Counted from the first letter of the stretch, positions 28,046-40,281 are shown. The stretch is 64,000 nt of DNA from Felis catus (GCF_018350175.1 NC_058368.1:239136001-239200000), one strand, 5' to 3'. The notes: generated from the letters alone by a model not told the origin. Translations and numbers: made by a program.

Positions 28046-29294
28046 TAGAGATTACTTTTTCAAAAAAGAAAATGAAATGAAAAGGTAAGCCATAGATTGG
28101 GGAGAAATGTCCACAAGAACTTGTATCCAGAATATGTAAAGCAGTTTTAAAATTCAGTAAGAAGACAGCAGAGAAGATATGTGGATGGCACACAAGCACA
28201 TGAACAGACGCCCAGCGCCCGTGGGGAACGAGGCAGATCAAGCCGTGTTGAGGCGGCACCACCGCCCATCGGGGACCTGGGTAGAAGGCAGAGGACCGAG
28301 AGCCCTTGCGCGCTGCCGGGAAGCAAGACGGTGCAGCTGCTTTGGAAAACAGCTTGGTGGTTCCCTAAAAGTGAACACACATCTGCTGAGTCAAAATCCC
28401 ACTCCTAGGTATTTACCCAAGAGAAATGAAAACATACATCTGCACAAAGGCTTGTGTGTAAACATTCGTGGCAGCTTTGCCTGCAACGGCCCGAACCTGG
28501 GAAGCACCTGAATGTCCATCTGCAGGTGAGTAAACGAAGCGGTGCGTCCAGACCCTGGAGCACTACTCGGCAGCAAACAGGAGCATGCTCCGTGCACACG
28601 AAGTGTGGATGGGCCTCAAGATCAGGCTGAAGGAAAGAAGCCCAACAAAATGGTGTCTGATTCCACTTACAGAAGATTCCAGAGATGCAAAGCAGGCTAC
28701 GGCACAGAGCACGTCAGGGTTGCCTGGATGGAGGTGGAGGCAGGGACCGCAAGCACACAGGACACTCTGGGTACGATCCGAGTGTCGGTGACCTTGATTT
28801 TGGTGGTGTTCCATGGTGCATACAGCTGTCAACCCGACCAGACTGCACATTTAACCACGTGCAGTGCCACAGCCTTCAGTTACAGCCCAATAAGGAAAAA
28901 GATGCAAGTGACCAACACCTCCAGGAGCCCATGGTGCCATTCCTTACTCAACGTGACTGTGTGCTCACCAGAATGAACCCTGTCTAGCACACACAAGCAG
29001 GACTCAGCCCCACCACTGCCCCGCCCCGGACCCAGTCGTGGAAACACTCAGCCGCCTCCTGCCTCACCCTCCACTTGCAGAGCCCAGGAGGCCCGCGGTG
29101 GCCACACAACCAACTCAGGTGACAAACTCACTTTCCGAAGCCCCGCCCCTCAAGCCTTTGTTGCCTATCCTTGGGTGGGGGCCTCTCACAGAACCCTGCA
29201 GCCACCAGGGCCCAGAGGGGCAGCCTGGGTCACAGAAAGACAGGCCCAAACACAGAGCCTTATATACACATGCTCACACTGACTCAAACAGAGC

Positions 29295-29300
<6 letters not shown>

Positions 29301-29341
<41 letters not shown>
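29301..29341. repeat. (AC)n microsatellite, ~20 units
   Basis: Perfect acacac run. Confidence 0.97.
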
Positions 29342-30047
29342 AGAAACCCAGCCAACAGTGCACACACTGCAGGACCCCCTTGGAGGAGCCAGAGGCAGCC
29401 CCTGGGCTCTGGGAACCACACCTGCTGGCCTCACAGCAGGGCAGTCCCAAACCCCTGCCGCAAAATTCATACCTTGTTGTCCTGAACACCTTTGGGCTGC
29501 TGGCGGGACTGTGAACACTGGTGTTGTGTCCAGGAGGTGAGGGTCACAGGTTCCTTTCTCTACTCTGTAAACCTCCTGGAGGCCCACAGGCAGGGGGACA
29601 AGCCCCACAGTGTCCTTCACGTGTGGCAACGCTCGCAGGGGCCGTGGGTGTGTCCTTGCGAGGACAGGTTTCACTAGGGCAGGGAGGAGATCTGGTGCTC
29701 ACCAAAAACCATGGTGACATCTCGGCCCCCCGTGTTGACTTCTAGCTGAAGGGTGTCACTCAGCTTTGCCTTGTCTTGCCTTGCCATCAAAGTTAGGAAA
29801 GCAGCCCCAAGTCGCTAAGAAAGGCAGCAGTGGGTTTCCAGCTGCGCAGAGAACCCTCAAAACACCCGCCAGCCCCAGGCGCTGGGTCTCATGCTGTTTC
29901 TGCAAGCCCCTCTACCCATCAGAAAGACTCAGCAAAACCTCTCCCTCATTCACTTTATTCCTAAAATTCACTCCTTTCAATGAAAATGCAAATACTTTCC
30001 CCCTTCATCAGGAACAATCAGCAAAAACAGAAGATGTGATACTTTAC

Positions 30048-30112
30048 TGTTTCTGAATGGGCTTCCTTCTTTTCCTTCCAGCATACATGCACTCCCCTGG
30101 TGGAATCATCAT
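30048..30112 (-). CDS. AHRR: AHRR first coding exon (exon spans 30048-30120; ATG at 30112): N-terminal basic region/NLS
   Basis: cccccttttttag|GGCCAGAA ATG ATG ATT CCA CCA GGG GAG TGC ATG TAT GCT GGA AGG AAA AGA AGG AAG CCC ATT CAG AAA CA|gtaaag = MMIPPGECMYAGRKRRKPIQK(Q). Phase 2 matches the next exon. Confidence 0.93.
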
Positions 30113-31139
30113 TTCTGGCCCTAAAAAAGGGGGGGGGAGCATAAAGTTTGTTATGTTGAAGAGAGCGCGGTGCCCGTATGACTCCCCAAACCACCAAAGG
30201 CAGCAGCATTGGCCAAGGTCGGCTGTGTCTCTAATCAAGGAGTCAACACTGAGCCCATGCTGGGGGTCCCACTCCTCCTTGCCAACTGGACAAGACCCAA
30301 GGTGATTCTGGCACAAAGCCTGCCCACGTGAACCACTCACACCCCCTCTCACTCGGCAGGAAGGTGCTCAAGGGCCACGTGAGGACACACAGCCCTGACC
30401 ATACCATCTCCCCTTGACCGGCAGTGTCATGGTCCCCCAGCCTGACCTGAGGATCTGAGTCACTACACTCACACAGAGAATAGCCCTCCACTCTTGCACC
30501 TGGCTCAGAAAGTTAAATATCCTGAGCTTGTCCTCAGAAAATAGAAGCTGTTCCACAGGCATCCAGGAGCAGGAGACACAGCCAGGGTCCTAAGGAACAG
30601 TTTGCTGTGTCAGGGCTCTCATGGGGCTGTTTCCCTGGCAGGAGCCACATGCACCCTCTCTTGGTGGAGTTTGTGGTGGGTCTTCTTCCTCTTTCCATCC
30701 CTCCCCTTTGTGGCCTTGCACTTCTGAGCCAACAGCCTTCCTCTTTTGTACGTAAAGTCTCGCACTCAGCTCCATAGCCCTGGACTCCACTTTAGCCACT
30801 AACTCACGGCTGCAGCCCAGCTGAACACACCCACCAGCCTCCACCAGCAGTGCTGGACATGGCGCCTGTATCTGAGAGCAGGTCCTTAAGGAGTAGCCCA
30901 AGACCTGTGTCCTAAGGCTGGTCAGTTCACCCATCACCTCAAGAAGGGCATCAAAATCTTGACTCTTCCATGCAGTGGGCTATCTGAACCCTCATAAACA
31001 GCCTGTGCAGTGACCGCTCATTGCTAGGCACTGGGCGAACAGAGTCGGAGAGTGGGTTAAGAGCCCTCGCCTGACCTCAAGAAGAGGTAGGCCCAACACA
31101 CAATGTTCACCCTGTGTGTGGAGTGCCATGAGAACATTG

Positions 31140-34100
31140 GAAATGTGTAACAAATGTGCTTTAAATATAAGAAACACACTTTGAATATAAAGATATAGGC
31201 AGGCAAAGTAAGTGGAGAGGAAAAGATATGCCACGCAAACAGGAATCAGAAGAATCTGGGATAGTTCTGTGAGTAAGACGAGATGTAACCAGGGACAAGG
31301 ACGGATATCGCGTGAAGACATAGCAATCCTACATGTGTATGCATCTATAAAATATGTGGAGCAAAAATGAATAAAACTGAACAGATAATTCATCAGAGAC
31401 GTCAACACTCTTGTCTCAGTAATCAATATAATAAGTAAACCGAAAATCAGGAAGGATTTAGAATACCCAAACAGTAACAGACTTGAACTGCAGAACTCTC
31501 CACCCAACGACAGCAGAGTGTGTATTCTGTGTACATGGAGCATTCATCAACATAGACCAAATTCCGGGACTTAGAACAATCCTGAACAAATTTAAAAGAA
31601 TAGAAATCATACAAAGTATGTTCTGTGATAATAATGAGATTAAACTAGAAAGATATATGGAAAATTCCTAGATATTTTGAAAGCAACATGCTTCTAAATA
31701 ACTATGGGTCAAAGAGAAGGTGTCAAAGAAATTTAAAGTATTTTGAACTTAATTAAAATGAAAACACAACATACCAGATTTTGTGGGACACGGCTGAGCA
31801 ATACTTTAATGGAAACTGACAGTATTAAGTATTTATATTAGAAAAAAATAAAAGATCGCAAATATTTTGAGCTTCCAATTTAGTAACTAGAAAAAGAGCA
31901 AATAAACCCAAATCAAGCAGAAGGACAGAAATAATAAAGAAGAAAAATCAATGAAACTTAAATAGAAGAAGAGAAAAATTGATGAAATCAAAAGTTGGTT
32001 CCTTGAAAAGATCAACAACATTGATACACCTCTAGCCAGATTGGTCAAGAAATAGAGAAGACACAAATGACCAAAATCAGGATGAAAGAGGGGTCATCAC
32101 TACAGATCCCACAGGCATTAGAAAGAAAATTAGAGTATATGACTAGGAACTTACTTGTATCCCCCCAATTCCATATGTTGGAGCCTTAATCCTGCATTGG
32201 AAGGGGTGCCTTTAAGGAAGTGATTAAGGTTAAATGAGGTCTTAAAAGTGGAGACCTGACCTGTTAGAACTGTTGCCCTTATAAGAAGAGGAAGAGACAC
32301 CAGGGGTCTCTCTTCACTATCTGTACAGAGTCATTGCAAACCAAGAAGAGAGCTCTCACTGGAAACCAAATCTGAAGCTTTGGGAAGGTCATGGAGAAGA
32401 CGAGACTACCAGCTGAACTGTGAGCTGGACCCAGGTACTAGGAAGGTACTCATCCCCTTCCCTGTCCTTGGATGTGGGTTCCACTCAACTTTCCTGCTCC
32501 CAGAGGCCGGTCCAAGGACACAGCCTTGAGTCGGGATGTTCTGTTGAGAACACATGCAAAGTATACATGGCTGAGCCCAGTTACGACCTCTTTATAAGCT
32601 TTTAAGATATAGCCAGTGAGTATGGGATCTACTCATCTTTCTGCCATCTGAGACAAGCTTTCATATGTAAGTTCTCTTTGCTTATTAAAACTGCCACCAC
32701 CGACCTGGGAGTGGCTGCCTCTTTCTTGGTCTCTCCCTGCCCTCCATAAACAGGGGCTAGTTTCAGAATACACCTAGGAAGTTCCTGAGGAGTTTGCAAA
32801 ACCACCAAGCAGGCACCTGAATCTTGGACTCCCAGCATCTAGAACTATGAGAAATAAATGTCTGTGGTTTAAGTCACCCAATCTATGTATTTTGTTATGG
32901 CAGCCCAAGCAGACTAAGACAAATACTATCTCCACAAATTCAACAATTTAGATAAAACAGACCAGTTCCTTGAAAAACACAATCTACCAAAACTCACTCA
33001 AGAAAAAAACTGTTTGCTCTGGTCCTACATCTATTCCAACAACAAACAAACAAACAAACAAACAAACAACAATAACAACCAAAAAACACCTAGGCCCAGA
33101 TGGTTTCACTTGTAAATTCTACCAGTGAAAGAAAAGAGTAATAATACCAATTCTCTGCAAACTTTGGAAGAATATTGAAATTAAAATTGAAAACTCATTT
33201 ATAAGTTCAACATTACTCTGATACAAAAACCAGACATTTCAAGAAAACTACAGACTGATATCTCCCATGAACACAGACACAAAAATCCTCAATCAGATAT
33301 TAGCAAATGGAATCCAGCAAAACAAACAGGGCAAAACATCACCACAAGTGAGGGTTATCCAAGAATTCAAGGCTGCTTCAACATCCAAAAATTGATCATT
33401 GTAATTCACTACACTAATAAACTAAAGAAAAAATACATATGACCATCTTACACATGCAAAAAAGGTATTTAACAAAATCCAAACCCATTCATAACAATGA
33501 AAAACTCTCATCAAGCTAGGAATAGAAGAAAACTTAATTACTCTAATAAAGGGCATCTACAGAAATGCCTACACCAGCGTTACAACCCACAGCGGGAAAC
33601 TGAGCTTGTCCTCTGAGTTCACAGGCACGGCCCTTCATTTCCCTTCCTACTCTGTGCCACATGTGTGTCCTAGTCAGGGCAATAAGGTGAGAAAAAGCAA
33701 TGCCAGAACATTGGGAAAGGGAGAGACAGAACTCTATTCCCAGACAACACAACTATACATACAGAAAATTCCAAAAAGTTTACTAAGGTAAATGTCTTAT
33801 AATAATTGAGTTCAGCAAGGTCAAAGGGTAAAGGGAAAGATACAAAAGTCAAGTGTGTTTCTGTAGAGTAGCAATGAACAATCAGAACACAGATTTTTAA
33901 AAAGCAGTACCATTTATAATAGCACCAAAATAAAAATGAAATACTTAGGTATTTCAAGAAGTTCACTATGTGTATAACTGGGCTCTAAAGAGTAGGAGGT
34001 TATAGAAGGCAACAGAAAGAAATTTAATAAATAGTAAAAATTTGTCCAAACATAATATAAACTTACAGATTTAAGAAGGTCAATAAGTTCCAAGCACAAA

Positions 34101-34600
34101 AACATTTAAAAAAATTACAGCAAGGCCAGTCATAATCAAATTGCTCATAACCAGTGATATATAGAACAATGTTAAAAGCCACCAGAGAAAATGGCCATCG
34201 GGTACAGAGAAACAAAGGTAAGAATGAAAGTGGGTGCCTCATCAGAAAAGTGTAGACACTATGTCTTTAAAGCACGGAGAGAAAGACCCTGAAACTTAGA
34301 ATTCCACACCGTTTGAACATAGCTTTCAAAACTGAAGGCTAGAGGCTTTTTCAGACATACAAAAGCTGAAAGAATTCACTGCCAGCTGACCCACACTATA
34401 AGAAATGTGAAAGGGTGTCTTCAGGCCAAAGGAAAATGATACCAGATGGTAACATGGGTCTACAAAATGGAACAGGAGGCACAGAAAACAGGAACTGCTG
34501 GGTACAAAACCAAGGTTTGTTCTTACTATTTAAACGTCTTCAAAAGATAACTGTTTAAACAGCAATGATAACAAGGGATCGTGGGGTTTATAACATATGT
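31140..34600 (+). mobile_element. Old L1 ORF2/ORF1 fragments, interrupted by LTRs
   Basis: Endonuclease remnant in ORF 31483..31671 (LNKFKRIEIIQSMFCDNNEIKLE) and RT-region remnants (ggcccagatggtttcact, aaaatcctcaatcagatattagcaaatggaatccagca). Confidence 0.8.
32138..32921 (+). mobile_element. MLT1A-like solo LTR containing a second LTR-like insert (~32373-32806)
   Basis: MLT hallmarks gtgattaaggttaaatgaggtc, ataagaagaggaagagacacc, and the end ttttgttatggcagcccaagcagactaagaca. The unrelated ~430-bp middle starts TG and has TATA-like and ATTAAA signals. Confidence 0.7.
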
Positions 34601-35337
34601 AGCTGTCAGGGCAACTGTAGCAACTATAGCGCCTGGGCCAGGAGGGGAAGACTGAAGGACCCTGGGGCAGGCTCCTATGCTGTTGTTCCCTAGGAGGTAC
34701 ACTCGTCCTCAAAAGTTGTGCAGGTATCCATTTATTGCCTCCAGGCTCCAAATCCACCCCTCCTTGCTCGTTCTGCATGCATGGCAGACCCTTCAAGCAT
34801 TTCTTCTTTATATAGCACAGTATGGCCCCTGCCAGCAGAGGCCCCGGAGGGACTTTGCAGGAATAAGGGGCTTCTGGTCCCAGGGTTTAGATTTTCCTTT
34901 GCTCCGTGTTCACCACCACCAGAGGTGGAGAAACTCAGTGACCTTCTCCACCATCCACGGGACTGAACTATACCCTCTCCAGGCCCGAGGGACCATGTCC
35001 AAGGGCATGCTTTCAGCATGCTCTCTCTGCCAGCCCTGGAGTACCCTCAGAGTCGTCTTGTCACCCTTACAGCCACTCCACCGCTGTAGACATTTCTTCC
35101 TCAAAGTCTCTCAGTTCAAACAAGAAGTTAAGTTAAAAATACAAAAAGCTGATTTTTAAAAGTTACATACTAAAAACATGACTTGTCAGGGATTTGTTCC
35201 TATGCAATCAGGGAGTCCAAGTGAGACTGGATGATTCGATATTGATAGCTGCCCATCTGTGCTGGTTGATGAATAAGTTAGGCTCATTCCCTCCCTTTTC
35301 GTCAAAGATTTGAAATTCTCCATAAGAAAAGGTTTGG

Positions 35338-35552
35338 TTTTTTTTTTTTTTTTGTAATGTTTATTTTTTGAGAGAGAGAGAGACAGAGTGCGAGCAGGGG
35401 AGGGGCAGAGAGAGAGGGAGACACAGAACTGTAAGGGGGCTCCAGACTCCACGCTGTCTGCACAGAGATCGACATGGGACTCGAACTCACACACTGAGAT
35501 CATGACCTGAATCTGAGTCAGATGCTTAACCAACTGAGCCAGCCGGGCGCCC
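35338..35552 (-). mobile_element. Can-SINE
   Basis: Poly-T, (GA)n, ...gagccagccgggcgccc; TSD TAAGAAAAGGTTT on both sides. Confidence 0.92.
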
Positions 35553-35589
35553 TAAGAAAAGGTTTTTAAAAAGCATTAAAAAGAAGCAA

Positions 35590-36805
35590 AATGGGCATAA
35601 GAGCAGACAATCTGCGGTGCCAAGGCCGTTCAACGGGGAAAGAAGAGTGTCTTCAGCAAAGGGGTAAACCGAGTGCCCACATGCAAGAGGATGAAGTTGC
35701 TTCCTGCCTGACACCATATGAAAAACCAGCAAAATTAAAGACCTAAGTGTAAGAGCTCAAATTATAAAATCCTCAAGGATAACATGGGGCTCTAGCTTCA
35801 TGACTTTAAGTTTGGCAACAGATTCTTAGATATGTCACCAAAGGCACAGATAAAAAAGTTAAAAAAAATACATGGGACTCCATCAAAATTAAAAACCTGT
35901 GCTTCAGAGGACACAGTGAAAAGACAACCCACAGAATGGGAGAAAGCGTTTGCAAATCATGCATCTGATAAGTCTACTCAGGACATATGAAGAATTCTTA
36001 CAACTCAACAACAACAAAAAGACAAACGGTACAATTAAAAATGGGCAAAGGACTTGAACAGACATTTCTCCAAAGAAAATATACAAATGGAAACAAACAC
36101 ATGAAAAGATGCTCCACATCATTAGTCACTAGGGAAATGTCATCAAAGCCACAAGGAGACAGCATTTCACTCCCCACTAGGATGGCTACCAACAAAACAA
36201 AGGGAAAATGGCAAGTGTTGGTGAGGACGCGGAGCGACTGGGACACTGTGGCTGCTTCTGCCAATGGAAAATGGTACAGCTGCTGTGGGAACTAGCGCGC
36301 AGTTGCCCGAAGAGTCAGAGTTACCACACACCCCAGCAAGCTCCACTCCTAGGTATAAGTTCAAGAGAATTGAAAACACACATTTAAACAAAATCTGGCA
36401 CACAAACGCTCAAAGCTTCATTATTCACAAATAGCCAAAAAGTGTAAACCATCCAAAGCCCACCAACTGATGAACAGATAGACGAAGTGCGGTCTACGCA
36501 CACAGCCACATAAAGGAATGGGGTTCTGATGCGCACCGCCACACAAATGAGCCACGAAGATACACGAGAGAAGACAGACACAAGGGGTCACGTATTGGTT
36601 CCACATGTAAGGAATGTCCACAACAGGCAAACCCATAGACAGAAAGTAGGGCAGTGGTTGCCAGGGCTGGGAGGAAGGAATGGGGAATGACTGTTTAATG
36701 GGTGCAGAGTTTAACTTGGGGTGAAGAAAATGTTTTGGAAGTAGACAGAGGTGGTAGGTGCCCAACTTCGGCGATATGCTAAATAAATGCACTGAACAAT
36801 ACATT
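35590..36805 (+). mobile_element. Old L1 (L1MB-like) 3' region
   Basis: aaaagacaacccacagaatgggagaaa, acatgaaaagatgctccacatcattagtcactagggaaatg, and 3' UTR ggttgccagggctgggaggaagg. Confidence 0.85.
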
Positions 36806-36810
36806 TAAAA

Positions 36811-37029
36811 ATTTTTTTTTCTCAACGTTTTTATTTATTTTGGGACAGAGAGAGACAGAGCATGAACGGGGGAGGGGCAGAGAGAGAGGGAGACACAGAA
36901 TCGGAAACAGGCTCCAGGCTCCGAGCCATCAGCCCAGAGCCTGACGCGGGGCTCGAACTCACGGACCGCGAGATCGTCGTGACCTGGCTGAAGTCGGACG
37001 CTTAACCGACTGCGCCACCCAGGCGCCCC
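36811..37029 (-). mobile_element. Young felid Can-SINE (CpG-rich)
   Basis: Near-consensus sequence with CpGs retained (gactgcgccacccaggcgcccc, gaactcacggaccgcgagatcg); flanked by caatacattt repeats. Confidence 0.95.
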
Positions 37030-37557
37030 GGCAATACATTTTTAAATGGTTACTTTTGGGTTATGCGAGTTTTAACTCAACGAAAAGCACAACACAAATC
37101 TATATGCAAATACAGGTGGAGTTTTCAGAGTGGAGAAGTGGATAGAGCACACTGAAAATGTCTGAGGGTGTTCTGCACAGAGGGAGCAGACAATGGGTGG
37201 GAGCTGCAGGGCCCTGGGGGACATTTCTGGGCTGCCAGGGATGAAGTGGGCAAGCACAGGAGCGTTCTGGAGTGTGTGCAGGGATGTGGCCTGGCAGCTG
37301 CAGGCTACAACACAAATGGATGGACGGATGCTTTGGCCTTCTCAGCCTCACCCTGTGCCACGGCCACCATGCGTGCACTTCTCTGGGAAGCCAGGTCGGG
37401 CCTTCGGTGGCTGGAGGCCAGAGTGCAAGGTCATCATCCCAGGCCTGGCTCCAGCTTAGGGGGACAAAAGCCCAGGGATGGTTCCTTGCACCCCGAGAGG
37501 GGCCAAGCACGCAACAGCCCACACAGCCACCCGTGAAGCCAAAGGTGAAGGAGAACT

Positions 37558-37781
37558 GGGGCGCCTGGGTGGCTCAGTCGGTTGAGTGTCCGACTTCGGC
37601 TCAGATCATGATCTCACACTCCGTGAGTTTGAGCCCCGTGTTGGGCTCTGTGCTGACAGCTCAGAGCCTGGAGCCTGCTTCCGATTCTGTGTCTCCCTCT
37701 CTCTCTGCCCCTCCCCTGCTCATGCTCTGTCTCCTTCTGTCTCAAAAAAATAAATAAAAACATTTAAAAAAAAGTTTTTTT
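37558..37781 (+). mobile_element. Felid Can-SINE
   Basis: ggggcgcctgggtggctcagtcggttgagtgtccgact...; TSD AAAGGTGAAGGAGA. Confidence 0.95.
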
Positions 37782-39770
37782 AAAAGGTGAAGGAGACCCC
37801 ATCCCCAGCATCACCATTCCTCAAATGAGCCCCAAGCCAGGAGCAGGGATGGTGTGGGGGGTGGAGGAGATGACAGAGAAGATGAGGAGGGGGCCAGGGA
37901 CACTCCTATGGGGGGTGGCACTGACCCCCTAGTTATCCTTCACCCACAGCCCTCTTCCCCAAAGCAGAAGCTGGGACAGGATCCAGGCCCCATCTTGCAC
38001 ACTGCCTGCCTGCCCCACAAAGCCACATTCTCCCTCCATGTCTCCACCTCAGCATTCAGAATGACCCCCAAAACACAGTTTACGGCAAAAAGCAACAACC
38101 AAAGGCAGATAAAAGTCTCCAGGCACCACCCCCATTGGGGTTTGTGTGGAAGAAATTAAAGGAGTCGGCCCATTGACACCACCCCCCACAGAACTCGCTG
38201 GAAAAACCACAGTTTGGGGTTCTATCTGTGCTGAGGTTTCTGCCCTAGGAACCCAACATATAGGAAGTGGATGGTATGGCCGTAGGTTGCTCCATTTTAC
38301 TAAATACGTGCCCTCTCCTCAAAAAGATGAAGCCTGCTTGGGACAGGACCAAACTCCTTGAAGAAATGCCCCTCTGAGGCAAGACACAGGTCTCTCTGCC
38401 TCAGATGCAGGTGACAGACGCCTTGTCAGTAAGCAGGGGAGGGGGAAGGCAGGAGACCCTCCACACTGGGCTCCTTGTGGCCTGCGGTTGGCCTGGACCA
38501 GGGTCTTTTCTGCAACCATGGTCATTGCTGGGGTGGGAGGTGGCCAGAAGCCTGGGCACCACAGGGGAACCCGCGGGTGGGAGCTGGGCCCAACACGGTG
38601 GTTTGTGGACCTTCCATCGCTGCTAAGCTCTGAGCTGACTGTGGGTTTCTTTGGAGAAACCTGAGCTTTTATGAGAATTCTTCTCTTATGGTAAAAGCAA
38701 TGGCTGTCCCAAAATTAAAACCCCTCCCCATGCAGTGGTGCCCCATCACCCCTGTCTGGGTGTGTGTCCCCAGACATCTTTACACAGGCACGCAGTGCTG
38801 CTGAACTGCACCAGAGGTCTGAGTCCAAACTCCAGCAGTTACCAGCAAAGTCCTCATCATAAAGGAGGTGAGTGCCAGCCACAGGCCGCTGCAGGGCCGC
38901 TGCTGACGACACAGCCTCCCATGCCGGGCTGCTCTGCCTGCTAGCCCCCCACCAGGAGTGGAGACAGCCTGCACATCAGCACAGGGTCTCCTCTTAATGG
39001 TGGGTGCTAAGAGCGCCACCATGACAGGGCTCCCATCCGGGAGCCTGCAGAAGCCAGACATGATCCCTAATGGCGGATGTTGGGTGGAGGCTGTCCAGGC
39101 TTAGGGGCCGGCCTCTACCAGAGGCTGTCTGAAGACTGCCCGCAGTGAGTCAGGCTGCTGACCAGGCCAAGAAAAGGCCGGGTACACAACAGTCAAGGAT
39201 CCAGAGCTTGGGGACAGATGTCCCAGGCACACACTTAAGCACCCCCTTTTGCATCAAGCCCCTCAAGGACTAGCTACGGCTGGTCAAACAGAGGCCATGC
39301 GTAAGTAGGGGCTTCCCCCCACCCCCCATGAGATACCTGGGGCAGCCAAAGCTGAAGGCCCACTGGGCAATTCCAAAAGGGGAAGATGCCTCCAGCCCCA
39401 GCCCCTGGACACAGAGGAGGGAGGACCCAAGAACAGAGCTGCCCAAGGCCTCTGACCTCCGACCCTGACCCCTCACCTGCCCCTGAGGGTGGCCCCTTGT
39501 CCAACTGGAGTCACAGTGGGAACAACAGGGTCGGGAGGTCCCTGATGGTCTGTGCTGGGCCCACAGTCTGGGATTTTTGACCACTCGAATTAAGACTTTT
39601 GGGGAAAAAACCTTTCTTGGTGCCGCTAACCGAAACCGAGCGAATTCCTGGAACACGGGCCCTTCCGCTCTTCCCAAGTGTGAGCACCAAGGCTGGTGCT
39701 CCCGCCCGGAAGGAGGGCGTCAAGCTGCGCCGCCCCAGCTCCAAGGACCCCCACCTCCGGCCTCCTCCAC

Positions 39771-39837
39771 TCGCCGCCCTGGGGAGGGCTGGGGGGGGGC
39801 AGGTCGCCGCCCTGGGGAGGGCTGGGGGGGGGGCAGG
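39771..39837. repeat. 33/34-bp tandem duplication rich in G-runs
   Basis: TCGCCGCCCTGGGGAGGGCT(G)9-10CAGG twice. Confidence 0.9.
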
Positions 39838-40163
39838 GCGAAGCCCCCTGCCAGCATCTGCCCAAAAGAGCTACTCAAAGAAACTGGACCGAGAGCAAAG
39901 GGCAATTAGCCCCCCACCCGGCCCCAAGGCGGTGGGTCACAGGCAGGAGCTTCGATCCACAGCTTGCGGGGGCGGGGGGACCGAGGGGCCACGAGCAGGG
40001 GCCACGAGCAGGGGCAGAGGGTCGGCTTCCCTCAAACGTCCCGTTTCCATTTTCAGTTAAGAAGTGGCCGGTCGGACCCCACGGCCCACGGCGGCGAGGA
40101 TGGGGCGGCAGGAGGGCAGAGCGGGGCCAGCGGGGCCAGCGGGGCGCGCCCCTGCGCACTTAC

Positions 40164-40245
40164 CCGGGCCGGGAGCTCTGGTGGCGCGGCTGCCGGCGCT
40201 CGCATCCCGGGGACCCGCAGCGGCCGCGGCTGCGGAAGGACGGCC
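40164..40245 (-). other. AHRR: Probable AHRR exon 1 (5' UTR); 5' end is a guess
   Basis: Consensus donor CGG|GTAAGT (intron starts at 40163) inside the CpG island, just downstream of the XRE and GC boxes. Confidence 0.65.
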
Positions 40246-40254
40246 CCACCCCGG

Positions 40255-40281
40255 CACGCGAGCCGCCCCGCCCCGCCCCGC
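40255..40281 (-). promoter_or_regulatory. AHRR: Proximal XRE (TCGCGTG, 40255-40261) abutting three tandem GC boxes (GGGGCGGGGCGGGGCGG)
   Basis: Plus strand cacgcga-gccgccccgccccgccccgc. Fits AHRR being an AHR:ARNT target with a TATA-less GC-box promoter. Confidence 0.7.

Larger units (their letters stand above)
27334..28065 (+). mobile_element. Short older Can-SINE, interrupted by the SINE+L1 insert
   Basis: gggggagcctgggtggctcagtcagtgg...cccatgttgggcatagagatta, resuming at 28046. TSD AAGAAAATGAAA at 27322-27333 and 28066-28077. Confidence 0.8.
26690..28900 (+). mobile_element. Old L1 remnant hosting the nested SINE/L1 cluster
   Basis: ctgattctaaaatttacatggaaacgcaaaggaccaagaataacc; cccactcctaggtatttacccaagagaaatgaaaacatac. 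Confidence 0.8.

Noticed and set aside
37558..37650. tRNA-like A/B boxes at SINE heads
   Set aside because: These are tRNA-derived Can-SINE heads followed by CT tracts and A-tails, not tRNA genes.
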